A stretch of 64,000 bases of DNA from Methanobacteriota archaeon (GTDB lineage: Archaea > Thermoplasmatota > Thermoplasmata > SG8-5 > JAGLSY01), in the NCBI GenBank assembly GCA_020697715.1, contig JAEHCO010000002.1, positions 160,001 to 224,000 of the forward strand. Direction: 5' to 3'. Shown here in pieces: positions 16,026-26,495 of this stretch. The first letter of the stretch is position 1. Each line of letters opens with the position of its first letter. Under the pieces are notes generated by a model that saw only the letters and a program-made list of their open reading frames with translations, searched no databases and was not told the DNA's origin. Made by a program: the position numbers and the translations under genes.

Positions 16026-18590
16026 TTATCCCGATGGCGGTGGTGGATAGCTTGGAGGTTGATTCAATGGCTGTTGATACTGTTGCTGTTGTTGTTGCTG
16101 AGGCGGCTTCTTACGTGCGAAGGCAATACCTACAACTACCACTACAACTATTATTACCAGTAATATGATCCAGAGAAAGCTTGACGACTCATCATTGCTT
16201 ATGGCGGAGTCTTTTGGAGCTATGTCTTCAGTATCTGATACACCATCACCATCGTCATCCTCATCCTCATTGTCCCCTATACCATCACTATCTGTGTCAG
16301 TATCTTCATCAGGATCTAATGGGAAGTCATCTTTAGAATCTGGTGTTCCATCGTCATCGTCGTCATTATCTGCATTGTCTCCAATACCATCACTATCACT
16401 GTCTATAGTTTCATTTGAATCTAATGGGAAATCATCTTTAGAATCTAGAACCCCATCATCATCATCATCAGTATCTGCATTGTCACCAATGCCATCTTTA
16501 TCAGTATCAGTATCTTCATCAGGATCTAATGGGAACGCATCATTAGAATCAAATATTCCATCGTCATCGTCGTCATTATCCGCATTATTTCCTATACCAT
16601 CTAAATCCGAATCTAAAGATTCTAGTGGATCAAATGGAAATGCGTCAGTTAAATCAGGAACTCCATCATTGTCATCATCAGTATCCCTTTCATCCGGTAT
16701 TCCATCATTATCAAAATCAGGAGGTGGTGTAACATAGAAATATCCTGTAAAGAAACTTGTTGTGAATTTCCGATCTGTAATTGAGACACCATATGCAGAG
16801 AGATCAAGAAGATTAACTGTGTTGTTATAATGGCTCCATATGCTTGTATAACCATATTTTAAATCAAGACTTCCTGAAACCTCAACCATCGCTAAATGAA
16901 CCAGATATGGATACATGTCTGTAAGATGTCCAGAGTCTGTATAATTGACTGAAACTTCAATAGGACCTGTAAAGGACAGTGGACCGGTGGTGGTTGTATC
17001 ATCCCAGGTGCCATCGATTGGTGTATTTGAATCGTCCCAAATATAAGATGAAGTTGTTTTTTGATGAAGCCAGATCTCATCCATTATTAGCGTAGTCAAA
17101 TCAATATTGAACATCAGATCCATAGTTCTATCGAACTCCAGTCCCATCCAATCAGAAAACTGTTGACCTATTGACATTAAAGAAGACCATCCTGGCAATC
17201 CCGAATTGATTAAGGCATCGATATATGGTATTAAATCAATAGTGGCAACATTGAAACTAGTATCAATTTGGTGGACATCACCCAATGAGTCTGATGCAAT
17301 CAAATCATCAACTTCAACCATCACATTCCAAAAGTAAAATGTCGTTCCTTTGATTTCTATTGATGATTGATCCGGGTATTGCGGGTTTGTTGTTGGTATC
17401 GGTAAATCGAATGTCTTTACATTATCAAACGAATCTCCATAACCTAGAAAATTAATTTCAAAATGTGGCAATATTGAAATTATGTATTCATCATTTGAGG
17501 AATATAGACTATTTTCAATATCATAATAGTCATCCTTAAAATCTGTGACATCAACAATAAGGTCACCAACATGAGAAATTTCTACATCCACAACAAGAGA
17601 AATCCAAAACATAATTTCAAAAGGCCATGGTATATTTACATATTCTGTTGATATTTCAGGATATAATATTTTCGTGTAATCTGTAATTAATCCATAGGAA
17701 TCATATTCTGAATCAATTTCATTTGAGTTAATGTATTGGCTGTAAGCGAATTCAACAACATGAACTGTGGCTGAAACTGTTGATGAAGTAACTGTATCAT
17801 AAACTGTGAGTGATACTGAAAAGCTGCCTGTTTCTGTGTATATATTGTATCCAACATCATTTGAATCTCCATGACCATCTCCAAAATCCCATTCAAATGT
17901 TAAAGTATCTGCATTTGGATCAAAACATGATGCTGAAAGATATACTGGCTCATACTGTGAAACATATAAGTCTGATTTCCCAATTACTTCAATATCTCCC
18001 AATATAGGAGCAACATTCCAATTGAACAATTCTGCTTTGTAGATTATATAACAATCTTTTTCTGCTGATTGATTGTCATTTTCTCCATCATATGGGCCAA
18101 ATGTTATAGGCCCTGTTTTTAAAGATTGATAATCCAAGGTGTGACTGTATGAATAGCTACTAGCACTAGGTACATAATCAAGTTGATCATCATCCAAAAT
18201 GTCTTCATCCCAGACTGTGATTGAAAATTTAATGGATGAATAATTTCCTAAGAGAACGAAATCATAATAAAATGGATTTATCAGATCTGGACTGTCCTCA
18301 AATGTTTCACTGCGTATATCATTATCATAAGTTCCATCTGCGTCTTCATCAAGCTCAATACGGAAGTACGGGTCACCATAGAATAGAGGATCTCCAAGCC
18401 AAGAATCATCTAAATAATCATATAAATCTTCGGAATATTCAAGTATTGATATCCTCAGGTATGGAGACCAGTCATTCGATGCTTGAACATTATTTTCTAT
18501 AGGTATTGTTATTAAATTTAATAATAGAATTATTACACAAATGTAGGATATTTGTTTTGACTTCATCTCTTCCACCTCAAATATGTGCAA
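16026..18590 (-). CDS. membrane-anchored surface protein with PKD domain and thrombospondin type 3 repeats
   Basis: Signal peptide, WDFGDG PKD motif, D-x-D-x-D-G-I-G-D-N-A-D repeats, C-terminal TM and Q/P-rich tail. Confidence 0.85.
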   Translation of the reverse strand: MHIFEVEEMKSKQISYICVIILLLNLITIPIENNVQASNDWSPYLRISILEYSEDLYDYLDDSWLGDPLFYGDPYFRIELDEDADGTYDNDIRSETFEDSPDLINPFYYDFVLLGNYSSIKFSITVWDEDILDDDQLDYVPSASSYSYSHTLDYQSLKTGPITFGPYDGENDNQSAEKDCYIIYKAELFNWNVAPILGDIEVIGKSDLYVSQYEPVYLSASCFDPNADTLTFEWDFGDGHGDSNDVGYNIYTETGSFSVSLTVYDTVTSSTVSATVHVVEFAYSQYINSNEIDSEYDSYGLITDYTKILYPEISTEYVNIPWPFEIMFWISLVVDVEISHVGDLIVDVTDFKDDYYDIENSLYSSNDEYIISILPHFEINFLGYGDSFDNVKTFDLPIPTTNPQYPDQSSIEIKGTTFYFWNVMVEVDDLIASDSLGDVHQIDTSFNVATIDLIPYIDALINSGLPGWSSLMSIGQQFSDWMGLEFDRTMDLMFNIDLTTLIMDEIWLHQKTTSSYIWDDSNTPIDGTWDDTTTTGPLSFTGPIEVSVNYTDSGHLTDMYPYLVHLAMVEVSGSLDLKYGYTSIWSHYNNTVNLLDLSAYGVSITDRKFTTSFFTGYFYVTPPPDFDNDGIPDERDTDDDNDGVPDLTDAFPFDPLESLDSDLDGIGNNADNDDDDDGIFDSNDAFPLDPDEDTDTDKDGIGDNADTDDDDDGVLDSKDDFPLDSNETIDSDSDGIGDNADNDDDDDGTPDSKDDFPLDPDEDTDTDSDGIGDNEDEDDDGDGVSDTEDIAPKDSAISNDESSSFLWIILLVIIVVVVVVGIAFARKKPPQQQQQQQYQQPLNQPPSYPPPPSG

Positions 18591-18630
18591 TGCGATCCCC
18601 TTATTTTAGGGTTTGGAATGAATCCCCGCC

Positions 18631-20262
18631 CTAAACAACCCCAATCCAGTTAAGCGCCAGCACGACAAAAGTGCAAACAAACACAGCCGGCACCGTGACA
18701 ATTATACCGATCTTCGCCAGCTGTTTCGCTGTTATATGTCCCGACGAATAGATCAGAGTGATCGGCGGAGTTCCTATCGGCGTTATGAAAGATAATGAAA
18801 GAACTAGAGCGACTGGCAGAACCATGATCCTCATGTCCTCGCCCATGGCATTCGCAAATGCCATCAATATCGGGATGAATATCGCCGCACTGGCCGTGTT
18901 ACTCAGGAAATTGGATATCCCGACCACGACAAAAGCTATCAGCAGTATGATGACCAGGACCGGCATGCCGAAGAACACGTCGAATAGGCCGGATGTGATC
19001 CACTCTGCGGCCCCTGTCTTGACAATGGCGTCTCCAAGTGCCAGGCCGGCTCCGATTATCAAGAACACTCCCCAGGGCACGATCCTCGCATCCTCCCATT
19101 TCATTGTTCCCGTGACAAACAATGCGACAGTCGCGAGAAGACTGACTATCGCGGAGCTCATGAAGCTGGATGGGAAGCCGAACAATTCGCCAATACTGGC
19201 CCCGGAAACCCAGAAGACGATGGTGAAAGCGAAGACAGTGAGTGTCTTTTTCTCGCCACCGGACATCGGACCCAGTGAATGATATCCTTCTTTCAATGAA
19301 TCGATGTTCACTGTAACTTCTGGAATTGGAATCACTTTGAGAATTATCTTCCAGGTCATGAAGAGTAATATGAAAGAAGTTGGAATTCCGATCATCATCC
19401 AGTCGATGAAGGTCCAGGAACCCTGCTCGGCGAAGATCGCGGAAGCCACAGCATTTGGAGCGGAGCCAATGACCGTGCCCAGGCCGCCGATGACAGCTGC
19501 GAAACCAATTCCCAGGAGCAGGATCGTGGTCAGGCGCTTGGAACTCTCTTTATCATCCACAGTGGCGGAAAGGCTTATGGCGAAGGGAGCCAGCAAAGCC
19601 ACGGTCGCGGTATTGGATATCCACATCGACAGGATGGCGGACACCAGCATCATGGATAGTAATAATTTATCGATCTTGCCCTCGGACTTGATCAGGAAGG
19701 GATATAACATCCTCTTGTCGAAGCCCGTCTTGTGAACAGCTCCTGCGAGCATCACGCCCCCCAGCAATAGATAGACAACTGGATTGGCAAATGGTAAAAG
19801 AGCCTCACTGGTCTCGAAGATCCCGAAAGCCGTTAGAAGAACTGGCACCAATAAAGCGGTGACGGGTAGAGGTATGGCTTCCGTGGTCCAGAGCAGGGCG
19901 ACCCCGACGAATATCGCGAGGGACATGTGGGCTTTGTAACTGATACCCAGAGGAAGTAATGCGAATATGGTGAATCCGGCCAGTGCCAGCAACAACTTCC
20001 AGGAATTCCTGGCAGGCGCGGACATCTTGTTCAGGAACTTGAATACTGAAAAGGGCTTGACACTGTAGATCAGATGAAAATGATGGCCGCCTTTGGACCT
20101 ATTCAATAAATGAAAATGTCCATCCTTTTCCCGATGTGGTATATGGGGCAAATGGAGATGATGCTCCTTGGGCTTGTCCCCATCAGGTATGGAAGATCGA
20201 TCGGTCTGAGACTCTTTGTCCATCTCCTCATCTATCCCATCCATGCGTACCTGTATTGTCAA
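18631..20262 (-). CDS. DASS/SLC13 family sodium-coupled anion symporter
   Basis: LWTTEAIPLPVT, SMWISNTAT, GSAPNA, SNTASA, PIGTPP; His-rich N-terminus. Confidence 0.9.
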   Translation of the reverse strand: MTIQVRMDGIDEEMDKESQTDRSSIPDGDKPKEHHLHLPHIPHREKDGHFHLLNRSKGGHHFHLIYSVKPFSVFKFLNKMSAPARNSWKLLLALAGFTIFALLPLGISYKAHMSLAIFVGVALLWTTEAIPLPVTALLVPVLLTAFGIFETSEALLPFANPVVYLLLGGVMLAGAVHKTGFDKRMLYPFLIKSEGKIDKLLLSMMLVSAILSMWISNTATVALLAPFAISLSATVDDKESSKRLTTILLLGIGFAAVIGGLGTVIGSAPNAVASAIFAEQGSWTFIDWMMIGIPTSFILLFMTWKIILKVIPIPEVTVNIDSLKEGYHSLGPMSGGEKKTLTVFAFTIVFWVSGASIGELFGFPSSFMSSAIVSLLATVALFVTGTMKWEDARIVPWGVFLIIGAGLALGDAIVKTGAAEWITSGLFDVFFGMPVLVIILLIAFVVVGISNFLSNTASAAIFIPILMAFANAMGEDMRIMVLPVALVLSLSFITPIGTPPITLIYSSGHITAKQLAKIGIIVTVPAVFVCTFVVLALNWIGVV

Positions 20263-20282
20263 GCAACTAAATAAAATATGAC

Positions 20283-20298
20283 TTCAATAATTATTGAA
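20283..20298. promoter_or_regulatory. putative operator TTCAA-N6-TTGAA
   Basis: TTCAATAATTATTGAA in the divergent DASS/MFS promoter; same motif twice upstream of the ArsR gene. Confidence 0.55.
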
Positions 20299-20371
20299 CT
20301 ATTGATACAATATATAAGTCAATTAGTTATTACCCATGTATACGATATAATAAAAAGGAAGGATAAGCGAC

Positions 20372-21751
20372 GTGACAGAGAAAGAGGATACTGGCAATAA
20401 GAAGGGCATGAGGACCTTCACCATGGTGTGGTTTGGGCAGATGGCCTCCATGCTGGGTTCGTCAATGACCATGTTCGGTCTTATGATCTGGGCATGGGAG
20501 AAGACAGGGGTGGCGACAGCCCTGGCTCTTATCGGTTTCTTTGGGTTCGCACCAGCTATTCTGATGACTCCGATAGCAGGTCATTTCGTAGATCGCTGGA
20601 ATAGGAAATTGACAATGATCTTCAGTGACCTGGCTGGTGGCTTGGGCACGGTCATGATATTCATCCTCTACAATGCGGATGTTCTGGAGATCTGGCACCT
20701 TTATGTGATCGCGGCCTTCATAGGTGTATTCACTTCCTTCCAGTTCCCGGCCTATTCAGCAGCAGTGACCATGATGATAAACAAGGAAAATTATGGACGA
20801 GCAACGGCGATGCTGGGCATCGCCCGTTCTGTAGCCAGTATATTCGGACCCATATCCGCTGCTTTCTTCATCGTGTTCATCGGGATAAAAGGCATAATGA
20901 TGATAGACATTGTAACTTTCTGCCTGGCCATCAGCATATTGATATTCGTCAAGATACCACAGCCGGAGATGGCGAAGGACATAGGCACTGGGGTAAAAGG
21001 GGTCTTCAAGGACGCGTTTTATGGTTTCAAGTACATCTTCAAAAGAAAGCCCTTGTTCGGACTCCAGATGACGTATTTCACGACCAATTTCTTCAGCAAT
21101 ATGAGCATGATCCTTCTGGCTCCCATGATACTCGCGGTAACAGCCAGCAATGAGATCTCACTTGCCTCGGTCATGGCGAGTGCGGGTATAGGAGGCTTGG
21201 CTGGTGGGATAACCATGACGGTCTGGGGTGGTTCTAAAGAAAGGAAGATACTCGTGATCATGAGCGTGATCGCCATCGAGGGCACGTGCCAGATGTTCTT
21301 CGGCTTGGGATCCGAGGTCATCGTGTGGTCGATCGTGGGATTCATTCTTGGCTTTTCAGGGCCCTTCGTGATGGGGTCGAGCCAGGCCATCTGGCAATCC
21401 AAGGTCGAGCCCAATAAACAAGGTCGGGTCTTCGCCGCGAGGGGCTTCATCGCCATGGGTGCGGGAGCTGTTAGCATGGCGATCGCGGGACCACTGGCAG
21501 ATCATGTGTTCGAGCCTTCAATGACAGGCGGTGGATTCCTTGGAGAGACATTCGGCTGGCTGCTGGGTATTGATCCAGGATCCGGAATGCGGCTCATGTT
21601 CCTACTTTGCGGTATGGGATCCTTCCTCACGGCCATCACCGCTTACAGCATAAAGAGGGTGAGGAATTTGGAGACGCTTGTTCCGGATTTTGATGAATTG
21701 GAAAAAGACTCAGATATTGACATAAAAGATGATGAGCCAGCTCCTGTTTAA
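20372..21751 (+). CDS. MFS transporter (DHA3/macrolide-efflux-like)
   Basis: WFGQMASMLGS, AGHFVDRWNRK, QGRVFA; about 12 TM helices. Confidence 0.9.
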   Translation: MTEKEDTGNKKGMRTFTMVWFGQMASMLGSSMTMFGLMIWAWEKTGVATALALIGFFGFAPAILMTPIAGHFVDRWNRKLTMIFSDLAGGLGTVMIFILYNADVLEIWHLYVIAAFIGVFTSFQFPAYSAAVTMMINKENYGRATAMLGIARSVASIFGPISAAFFIVFIGIKGIMMIDIVTFCLAISILIFVKIPQPEMAKDIGTGVKGVFKDAFYGFKYIFKRKPLFGLQMTYFTTNFFSNMSMILLAPMILAVTASNEISLASVMASAGIGGLAGGITMTVWGGSKERKILVIMSVIAIEGTCQMFFGLGSEVIVWSIVGFILGFSGPFVMGSSQAIWQSKVEPNKQGRVFAARGFIAMGAGAVSMAIAGPLADHVFEPSMTGGGFLGETFGWLLGIDPGSGMRLMFLLCGMGSFLTAITAYSIKRVRNLETLVPDFDELEKDSDIDIKDDEPAPV

Positions 21752-21757
21752 GATAAC

Positions 21758-21790
21758 TTCAAGTATTATTGAACTTCAAGGATATTTGAA
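21758..21790. promoter_or_regulatory. two tandem putative operators TTCAA-N6-TTGAA
   Basis: TTCAAGTATTATTGAA-C-TTCAAGGATATTTGAA upstream of the ArsR-family gene. Confidence 0.55.
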
Positions 21791-21850
21791 CAAGTCCAGG
21801 CTGTTAAATACACTTAAATCCATATACAACATTGTCGAGGAACGATAAAG

Positions 21851-22147
21851 ATGAGCAAGGAATTTGACTATGACTCCTGGCAGGCGAAAATGATCGCCCT
21901 TGAGCTGGCCAACGAGGTTGGCAGAGCCATTCTTAAAAGCCTTGCTGAAGATCCGAAGACCGCGAGCCAGTTATCCAAAGCATTGGAGATCCCATTGCCA
22001 ACGATACTGTTCCACATATCCCGGCTGGAAGAAGCCGGGGTCGTGATATCCAAAAAAGCACTTGGTAAGCGCTTGCGGGAAGTAAAGGTGTATAGCGTAC
22101 CCTCGACCCAGATAGTATTCAATATAGGGAGTGATGAAAATGGATAA
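21851..22147 (+). CDS. ArsR-family winged-helix regulator
   Basis: LANEVGRAILKSL..TASQLSKAL..TILFHISRLEEAGVV. Confidence 0.85.
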   Translation: MSKEFDYDSWQAKMIALELANEVGRAILKSLAEDPKTASQLSKALEIPLPTILFHISRLEEAGVVISKKALGKRLREVKVYSVPSTQIVFNIGSDENG

Positions 22148-23075
22148 AAAGGAGATTAAAAAACTGGAAAAGGAGCGCGAGAAGCTCGAGGAAGCAAGAG
22201 AAAAGCTCGAGGAAGAAAGGGCAAGACTTGAGGAAGAACATGAGCGCATGGAAGCAGAGCATGAAAGAATGGAAGCAGAGCATGAAAGAATGGAAGCAGA
22301 ACGACAGCGCATGCATGATCATGAAGAGCACGAAGGCCATGATGAAAAAGGACACCGCCAAAAGAGAGTGGTGACTAATAGGAAAGACCTCACTCCAGAA
22401 GAGCAAAAGAAACTGGATGAAGGCCTGAAGAAGATGGATGAAGGCCTGAAGAGGATGAACGAAGAGCTGAAGAAAATAGATTTCGGCTCGCTCAATATGG
22501 ACAAGTTCCATGAACAGATGGACAAGGCTCAGATCAAGATAGATCTGGCAATGGACGGTATCGATGAAAAGATAGAGAACTCGATATCTGGCATTGATCC
22601 CGATCTCAATAACATTGACATTCGAATTGAAAAGGTGACGAAGAACGTCGGTATCCTGAACCTTCAAAACATAACCCTGGAAGAACTGGAACAGATGGGT
22701 GAGATCAGGAACACTGGTGTCATAATCGCACCCGAGGAACTGATTGGCAAGATCTCGGCCAAGATAACCAAGAATGTTGGGACCATCGTTCCCTACAGGA
22801 AGGGATGGAGATTGTACTCGGGATGCACAGAGATAGACAATTCAATGTTGGAAGCACTGGATGAGCCAATAGAGTTCATACAGACTGGACATCTGGAATT
22901 CAATGACGATGTCAAAGCCAAGGTATTGAAGGAGAAGATAAAGGCCTTCAATAACTATGGGGCCATTATAGCTCCAGATGATGTCTACGGAACCCTGATG
23001 GCCAAGTGCCTGGAGAACAGTGGGCACATCGGCAAGAAGAGCGATGAAGAAGACGACGATGATGACGAAGATTGA
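22131..23075 (+). CDS. hypothetical protein with charged coiled-coil repeats (EHERMEA) and a C-terminal repeat domain
   Basis: Overlaps the ArsR stop (operon); 21-bp coding tandem repeats; recurring NVG/NTG/NYG motifs. Confidence 0.7.
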   Translation: MMKMDKKEIKKLEKEREKLEEAREKLEEERARLEEEHERMEAEHERMEAEHERMEAERQRMHDHEEHEGHDEKGHRQKRVVTNRKDLTPEEQKKLDEGLKKMDEGLKRMNEELKKIDFGSLNMDKFHEQMDKAQIKIDLAMDGIDEKIENSISGIDPDLNNIDIRIEKVTKNVGILNLQNITLEELEQMGEIRNTGVIIAPEELIGKISAKITKNVGTIVPYRKGWRLYSGCTEIDNSMLEALDEPIEFIQTGHLEFNDDVKAKVLKEKIKAFNNYGAIIAPDDVYGTLMAKCLENSGHIGKKSDEEDDDDDED

Positions 23076-23239
23076 TCGTCGAAAAGAAAGACAGAGGCCT
23101 TGTGCGTGGCCTCTGTTCCTGTAATAGGCAGGGAGCCCTACCTCCGGCTCCCTTGTCTCCTATTTTTTAAACAAGAACTGAAAATATGCAAAAAACCTTA
23201 TACCGCGGTTTACCATGACCAGGACTTAGGGGCGAAAAA

Positions 23240-24523
23240 TTGAATTGGCTCGGCATATTACTGATATTCTGCTCATTCATAGCACTGGCCCATTTTATTT
23301 TCATAATGAAGTATGCGGTCAAGACAGAGCTGGTGGCCACGACCGCTTTTTTCATCCTGCTGATGTCAATAGGCCTCTTCTCGTGGGCCATGATGACCAC
23401 ATTGCAAGGCACGCAGGGCTATGACCCCTGGCTTAACATATCATACCTTTGCTCCCTCATCGCTTTTCCACTTTTGATCTACATATTCATCCAAAGGGCG
23501 GATAGCCAGTCCTTCGTCGTGACAGAGGTCAAGGGCAGGGTCCTGCTATTCTTTCCAGTGATGGTTCAGCTTTTCACGCATTACCTTCTTCCAGATGGGC
23601 CATCCAGGTTCTTCGACACTGCATTTCTCATGATCTGGCTGGGCCTGACCCTGATGATCTGGCAAAGATTATACAAAAAGACCATCAATCATTCATCCGA
23701 CATAATGAGGAATCAGATGGAGTTCATGCTCTCCACCTTCTTCGTGGTCCTGATATACGATCTGGTCATCATCTTCCTGATACTTTCGCCGGACGGCATT
23801 GTGGAGTTCGGTTTCTTCTACGCTGTCGGCCTCACAGCAGCCCTTCTGAACACCGCCAGGGGCATTATAAAATACCAGCTGGTCTCCGGCATCGAGGTCT
23901 TTTTCAGGCGCGGGCTCATACTTATGGCCCGGGCGATCATGACCGTGACCATCTTCATCATCTCCGAGGTCGCAATCCTGTCCTTCATTCCGGAGGTGAC
24001 AGAGAACATCCATATCATGGTCAGTGCCATCATACTGGTGGTGATAGTATTGTCCATCAACACGATCAATAATTTCTGCACGGACATTGTGGAATGGATG
24101 TCTCCGGAGCTCAAGTGGAGGGAATCACAGATAAAGGAGATCTTCGTCATACTGGACAATGGATTGGTAGTTGCCCATTCCAGCCATTATTCCGCCGAGG
24201 AGAACATTGACAAGGATCTTGTCGGGGGTATGCTGGCAGCCATCCAGAACTTCCTGACGGAGGCTTTTGACGCCTCCGAGAAAGAGACATTGAAATCTCT
24301 AAGGATGGGAGATCTGAGCATGCTGCTGGAACATCACGAGGATATTTCCATCGTGATATTGTTCACAGGCTTCGAGGCCAGGGAGCTGAGGTCCGATATC
24401 AAGGACCTGTCCAGAAGGATACATGATGGATATGATGACATAATCAAGATATGGGACGGCACCATGTCAAAGATGTCAGGTGTCCAGTCCATCATTGATG
24501 AATTCATGGGCAGTAGCGAGTGA
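23240..24523 (+). CDS. multi-pass membrane protein with a C-terminal longin/roadblock-like domain
   Basis: About 9 TM segments, then IKEIFVILDNGLVVAH..DKDLVGGMLAAIQNFLTEAF..LKSLRMGDLSMLLEH. Confidence 0.7.
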   Translation: MNWLGILLIFCSFIALAHFIFIMKYAVKTELVATTAFFILLMSIGLFSWAMMTTLQGTQGYDPWLNISYLCSLIAFPLLIYIFIQRADSQSFVVTEVKGRVLLFFPVMVQLFTHYLLPDGPSRFFDTAFLMIWLGLTLMIWQRLYKKTINHSSDIMRNQMEFMLSTFFVVLIYDLVIIFLILSPDGIVEFGFFYAVGLTAALLNTARGIIKYQLVSGIEVFFRRGLILMARAIMTVTIFIISEVAILSFIPEVTENIHIMVSAIILVVIVLSINTINNFCTDIVEWMSPELKWRESQIKEIFVILDNGLVVAHSSHYSAEENIDKDLVGGMLAAIQNFLTEAFDASEKETLKSLRMGDLSMLLEHHEDISIVILFTGFEARELRSDIKDLSRRIHDGYDDIIKIWDGTMSKMSGVQSIIDEFMGSSE

Positions 24524-24661
24524 TCCATTATCATTCATAGAAAAGACCAGCCAAATATCAATTGTATTTCTTCGACCCGCGACCTTAACATCATTAATCA
24601 TATACCATTCAATAGCATATAATTTTTATATCAATAATCTGATGGGGGTCATGGGAGATCA

Positions 24662-25567
24662 ATGGGCAATAGGGAAATAATAATCAAGAAGATAGTTTTG
24701 CTTGGAGACTCGTCAGTTGGTAAGACCAGTCTTATCAGACGTTTTGTTCAAGACCAGTTCGATGATGATTATATCAGTACCATCGGAGCCAAGGTATCCA
24801 AGAAGGTCGTGCCCGTTGATTTCGAAGGTGGGGAATACGATGTCAAAATAATGGTCTGGGATATAATTGGCAGTAAGGGATACCTATCCACCCAATCCAA
24901 GCATATCGCGGGGGCTGATGGTGCCATCCTCGTGGTGGACCTGACCAAGCCCGAGTCCCTGGACAGTATTGAAAAATACTGGATACCCCTTCTAAGGGAT
25001 GTTACAGGCGGTATCTTGCCGTCCATTCTTTTTGCAGGTAATAAGAAAGATCTTATTACAAATCAGGAAGAGATCGATACGATGACACAGCTCTTCAAGG
25101 GATTGGAAACAAAATACTGTGATGATATTGAGAATCGGGCAGATGTGGGGTATACCAGCTCATTATTGACAAGTGCCAAGACCGGGGAGAATGTGGGCGA
25201 TGGTTTCCATAACCTGGTCGTCAGCATGTTGGCCGTGAATCCCGAGCTCGACCCAATGCACAGGCAGATCGGGGTTGCCAAGGCAAAGAGCATATACGAG
25301 ACCGATGAGAGGAAGACCACTAAATCCGTAATGGATCTCATCGTTGTCGATCTGCCACACCTTGTCAAGGCCACCAGTAAGTCCACGGTGATCCTGGAAG
25401 ATTGCATCGCCAAGCTGGGCTTTTCAAAGGACCTGCCCAAACCAAAAGAAGTGCGTAATTTCATTGATTGTGTATTATTCTCGGCTTCCAAGGCGGGAGC
25501 CAGTAAGGAAGAGATCGAGGAATATAGGAAAAAGTGGATGAAGCCCCTGTCTAAAATGGGATTATAA
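24662..25567 (+). CDS. Rab/Ras-like small GTPase with C-terminal helical extension
   Basis: G1 GDSSVGKTS, G2 YISTIG, G3 WDIIG, G4 GNKKD, G5 TSAKTG. Confidence 0.92.
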   Translation: MGNREIIIKKIVLLGDSSVGKTSLIRRFVQDQFDDDYISTIGAKVSKKVVPVDFEGGEYDVKIMVWDIIGSKGYLSTQSKHIAGADGAILVVDLTKPESLDSIEKYWIPLLRDVTGGILPSILFAGNKKDLITNQEEIDTMTQLFKGLETKYCDDIENRADVGYTSSLLTSAKTGENVGDGFHNLVVSMLAVNPELDPMHRQIGVAKAKSIYETDERKTTKSVMDLIVVDLPHLVKATSKSTVILEDCIAKLGFSKDLPKPKEVRNFIDCVLFSASKAGASKEEIEEYRKKWMKPLSKMGL

Positions 25568-25580
25568 TGGAGATTAAATT

Positions 25581-26483
25581 ATGCCAGTTGATGAAACTAT
25601 TCTAAAGAAAGTGGTATTGCTCGGCGAGTCCGCCGTGGGCAAGACCAGTTTGATAAGAAGATTCGTGCATGACCAGTTCGATGATGATTATATCAGCACT
25701 ATCGGGGCCAAGGTCTCCAAGAAGGTGGTGCCAGTTGATATACTGGATCAAAATATAGATGTTAAGCTGATGGTTTGGGATATCATCGGTAGCCAGGGAT
25801 ACGAATCCACTCAATCCCGGCATATAGCGGGGCTCAATGGCGCGATACTTGTCGTGGACCTTACAAGACCCGAGACCGTGAAGATCATGGAAGAATATTG
25901 GTTGCCATTGCTTTCCGAAGTGTCTGGCGGAGTTCTTCCCACCGTGCTATTCGTTGGCAATAAGATGGATCTGGTATCCGACAAGGAAGATATCAAGGAC
26001 ATGGTCCAGAACCTGAAAGACCTGGAATCCAAATACTGCAAGAACCTCGACCTGAGAGCTAAGAGCGGGTGTGGAGGCTGGCTACTCACAAGTGCCAAGA
26101 CCGGGGATAATGTCGAGAGGGGCTTTGAGAGCCTGATCCGTGGAATGGTGGCCGAGCATCCGTCATTCGATCCACTTAATAGGCAAATGGAAGAGGTCGT
26201 CGCAGAGGGAATTTACATGGTATCGGACCGCGAGACCACGCGCTCTGTTATGGATCTTATCGTGATAGACATGCCATTTATCATGATGTCCACCAGTAAG
26301 TCCACCCAGATACTGCAGGAAGCGATCGTGGAACTCGGTTTCTCCAAGGACAGACCAACTCCGCAGAATGTTCGTGATTTCATTGATCTTGTTCTGAAGA
26401 TGGCAGCCGACGCAGGAGCCAAGCCAGAAACAATAGAACAATATAGAAAAACGTGGCTGGAAGAGGTTGCGAAGTTCGGATAA
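25581..26483 (+). CDS. Rab/Ras-like small GTPase, tandem paralog
   Basis: GESAVGKTS, YISTIG, WDIIG, GNKMD, TSAKTG; colinear with the upstream paralog. Confidence 0.92.
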   Translation: MPVDETILKKVVLLGESAVGKTSLIRRFVHDQFDDDYISTIGAKVSKKVVPVDILDQNIDVKLMVWDIIGSQGYESTQSRHIAGLNGAILVVDLTRPETVKIMEEYWLPLLSEVSGGVLPTVLFVGNKMDLVSDKEDIKDMVQNLKDLESKYCKNLDLRAKSGCGGWLLTSAKTGDNVERGFESLIRGMVAEHPSFDPLNRQMEEVVAEGIYMVSDRETTRSVMDLIVIDMPFIMMSTSKSTQILQEAIVELGFSKDRPTPQNVRDFIDLVLKMAADAGAKPETIEQYRKTWLEEVAKFG

Positions 26484-26495
26484 TGAATTATAAAA

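Noticed and set aside
16165-16737. Ser-rich antisense ORF (also those at 38034-38586)
   Set aside because: Shadows of Asp-rich TSP3 repeats
20080-20170. His-rich N-terminus of the DASS transporter as a nickel link to hypE
   Set aside because: hypE is 6 kb away in a separate unit, and there is no other support
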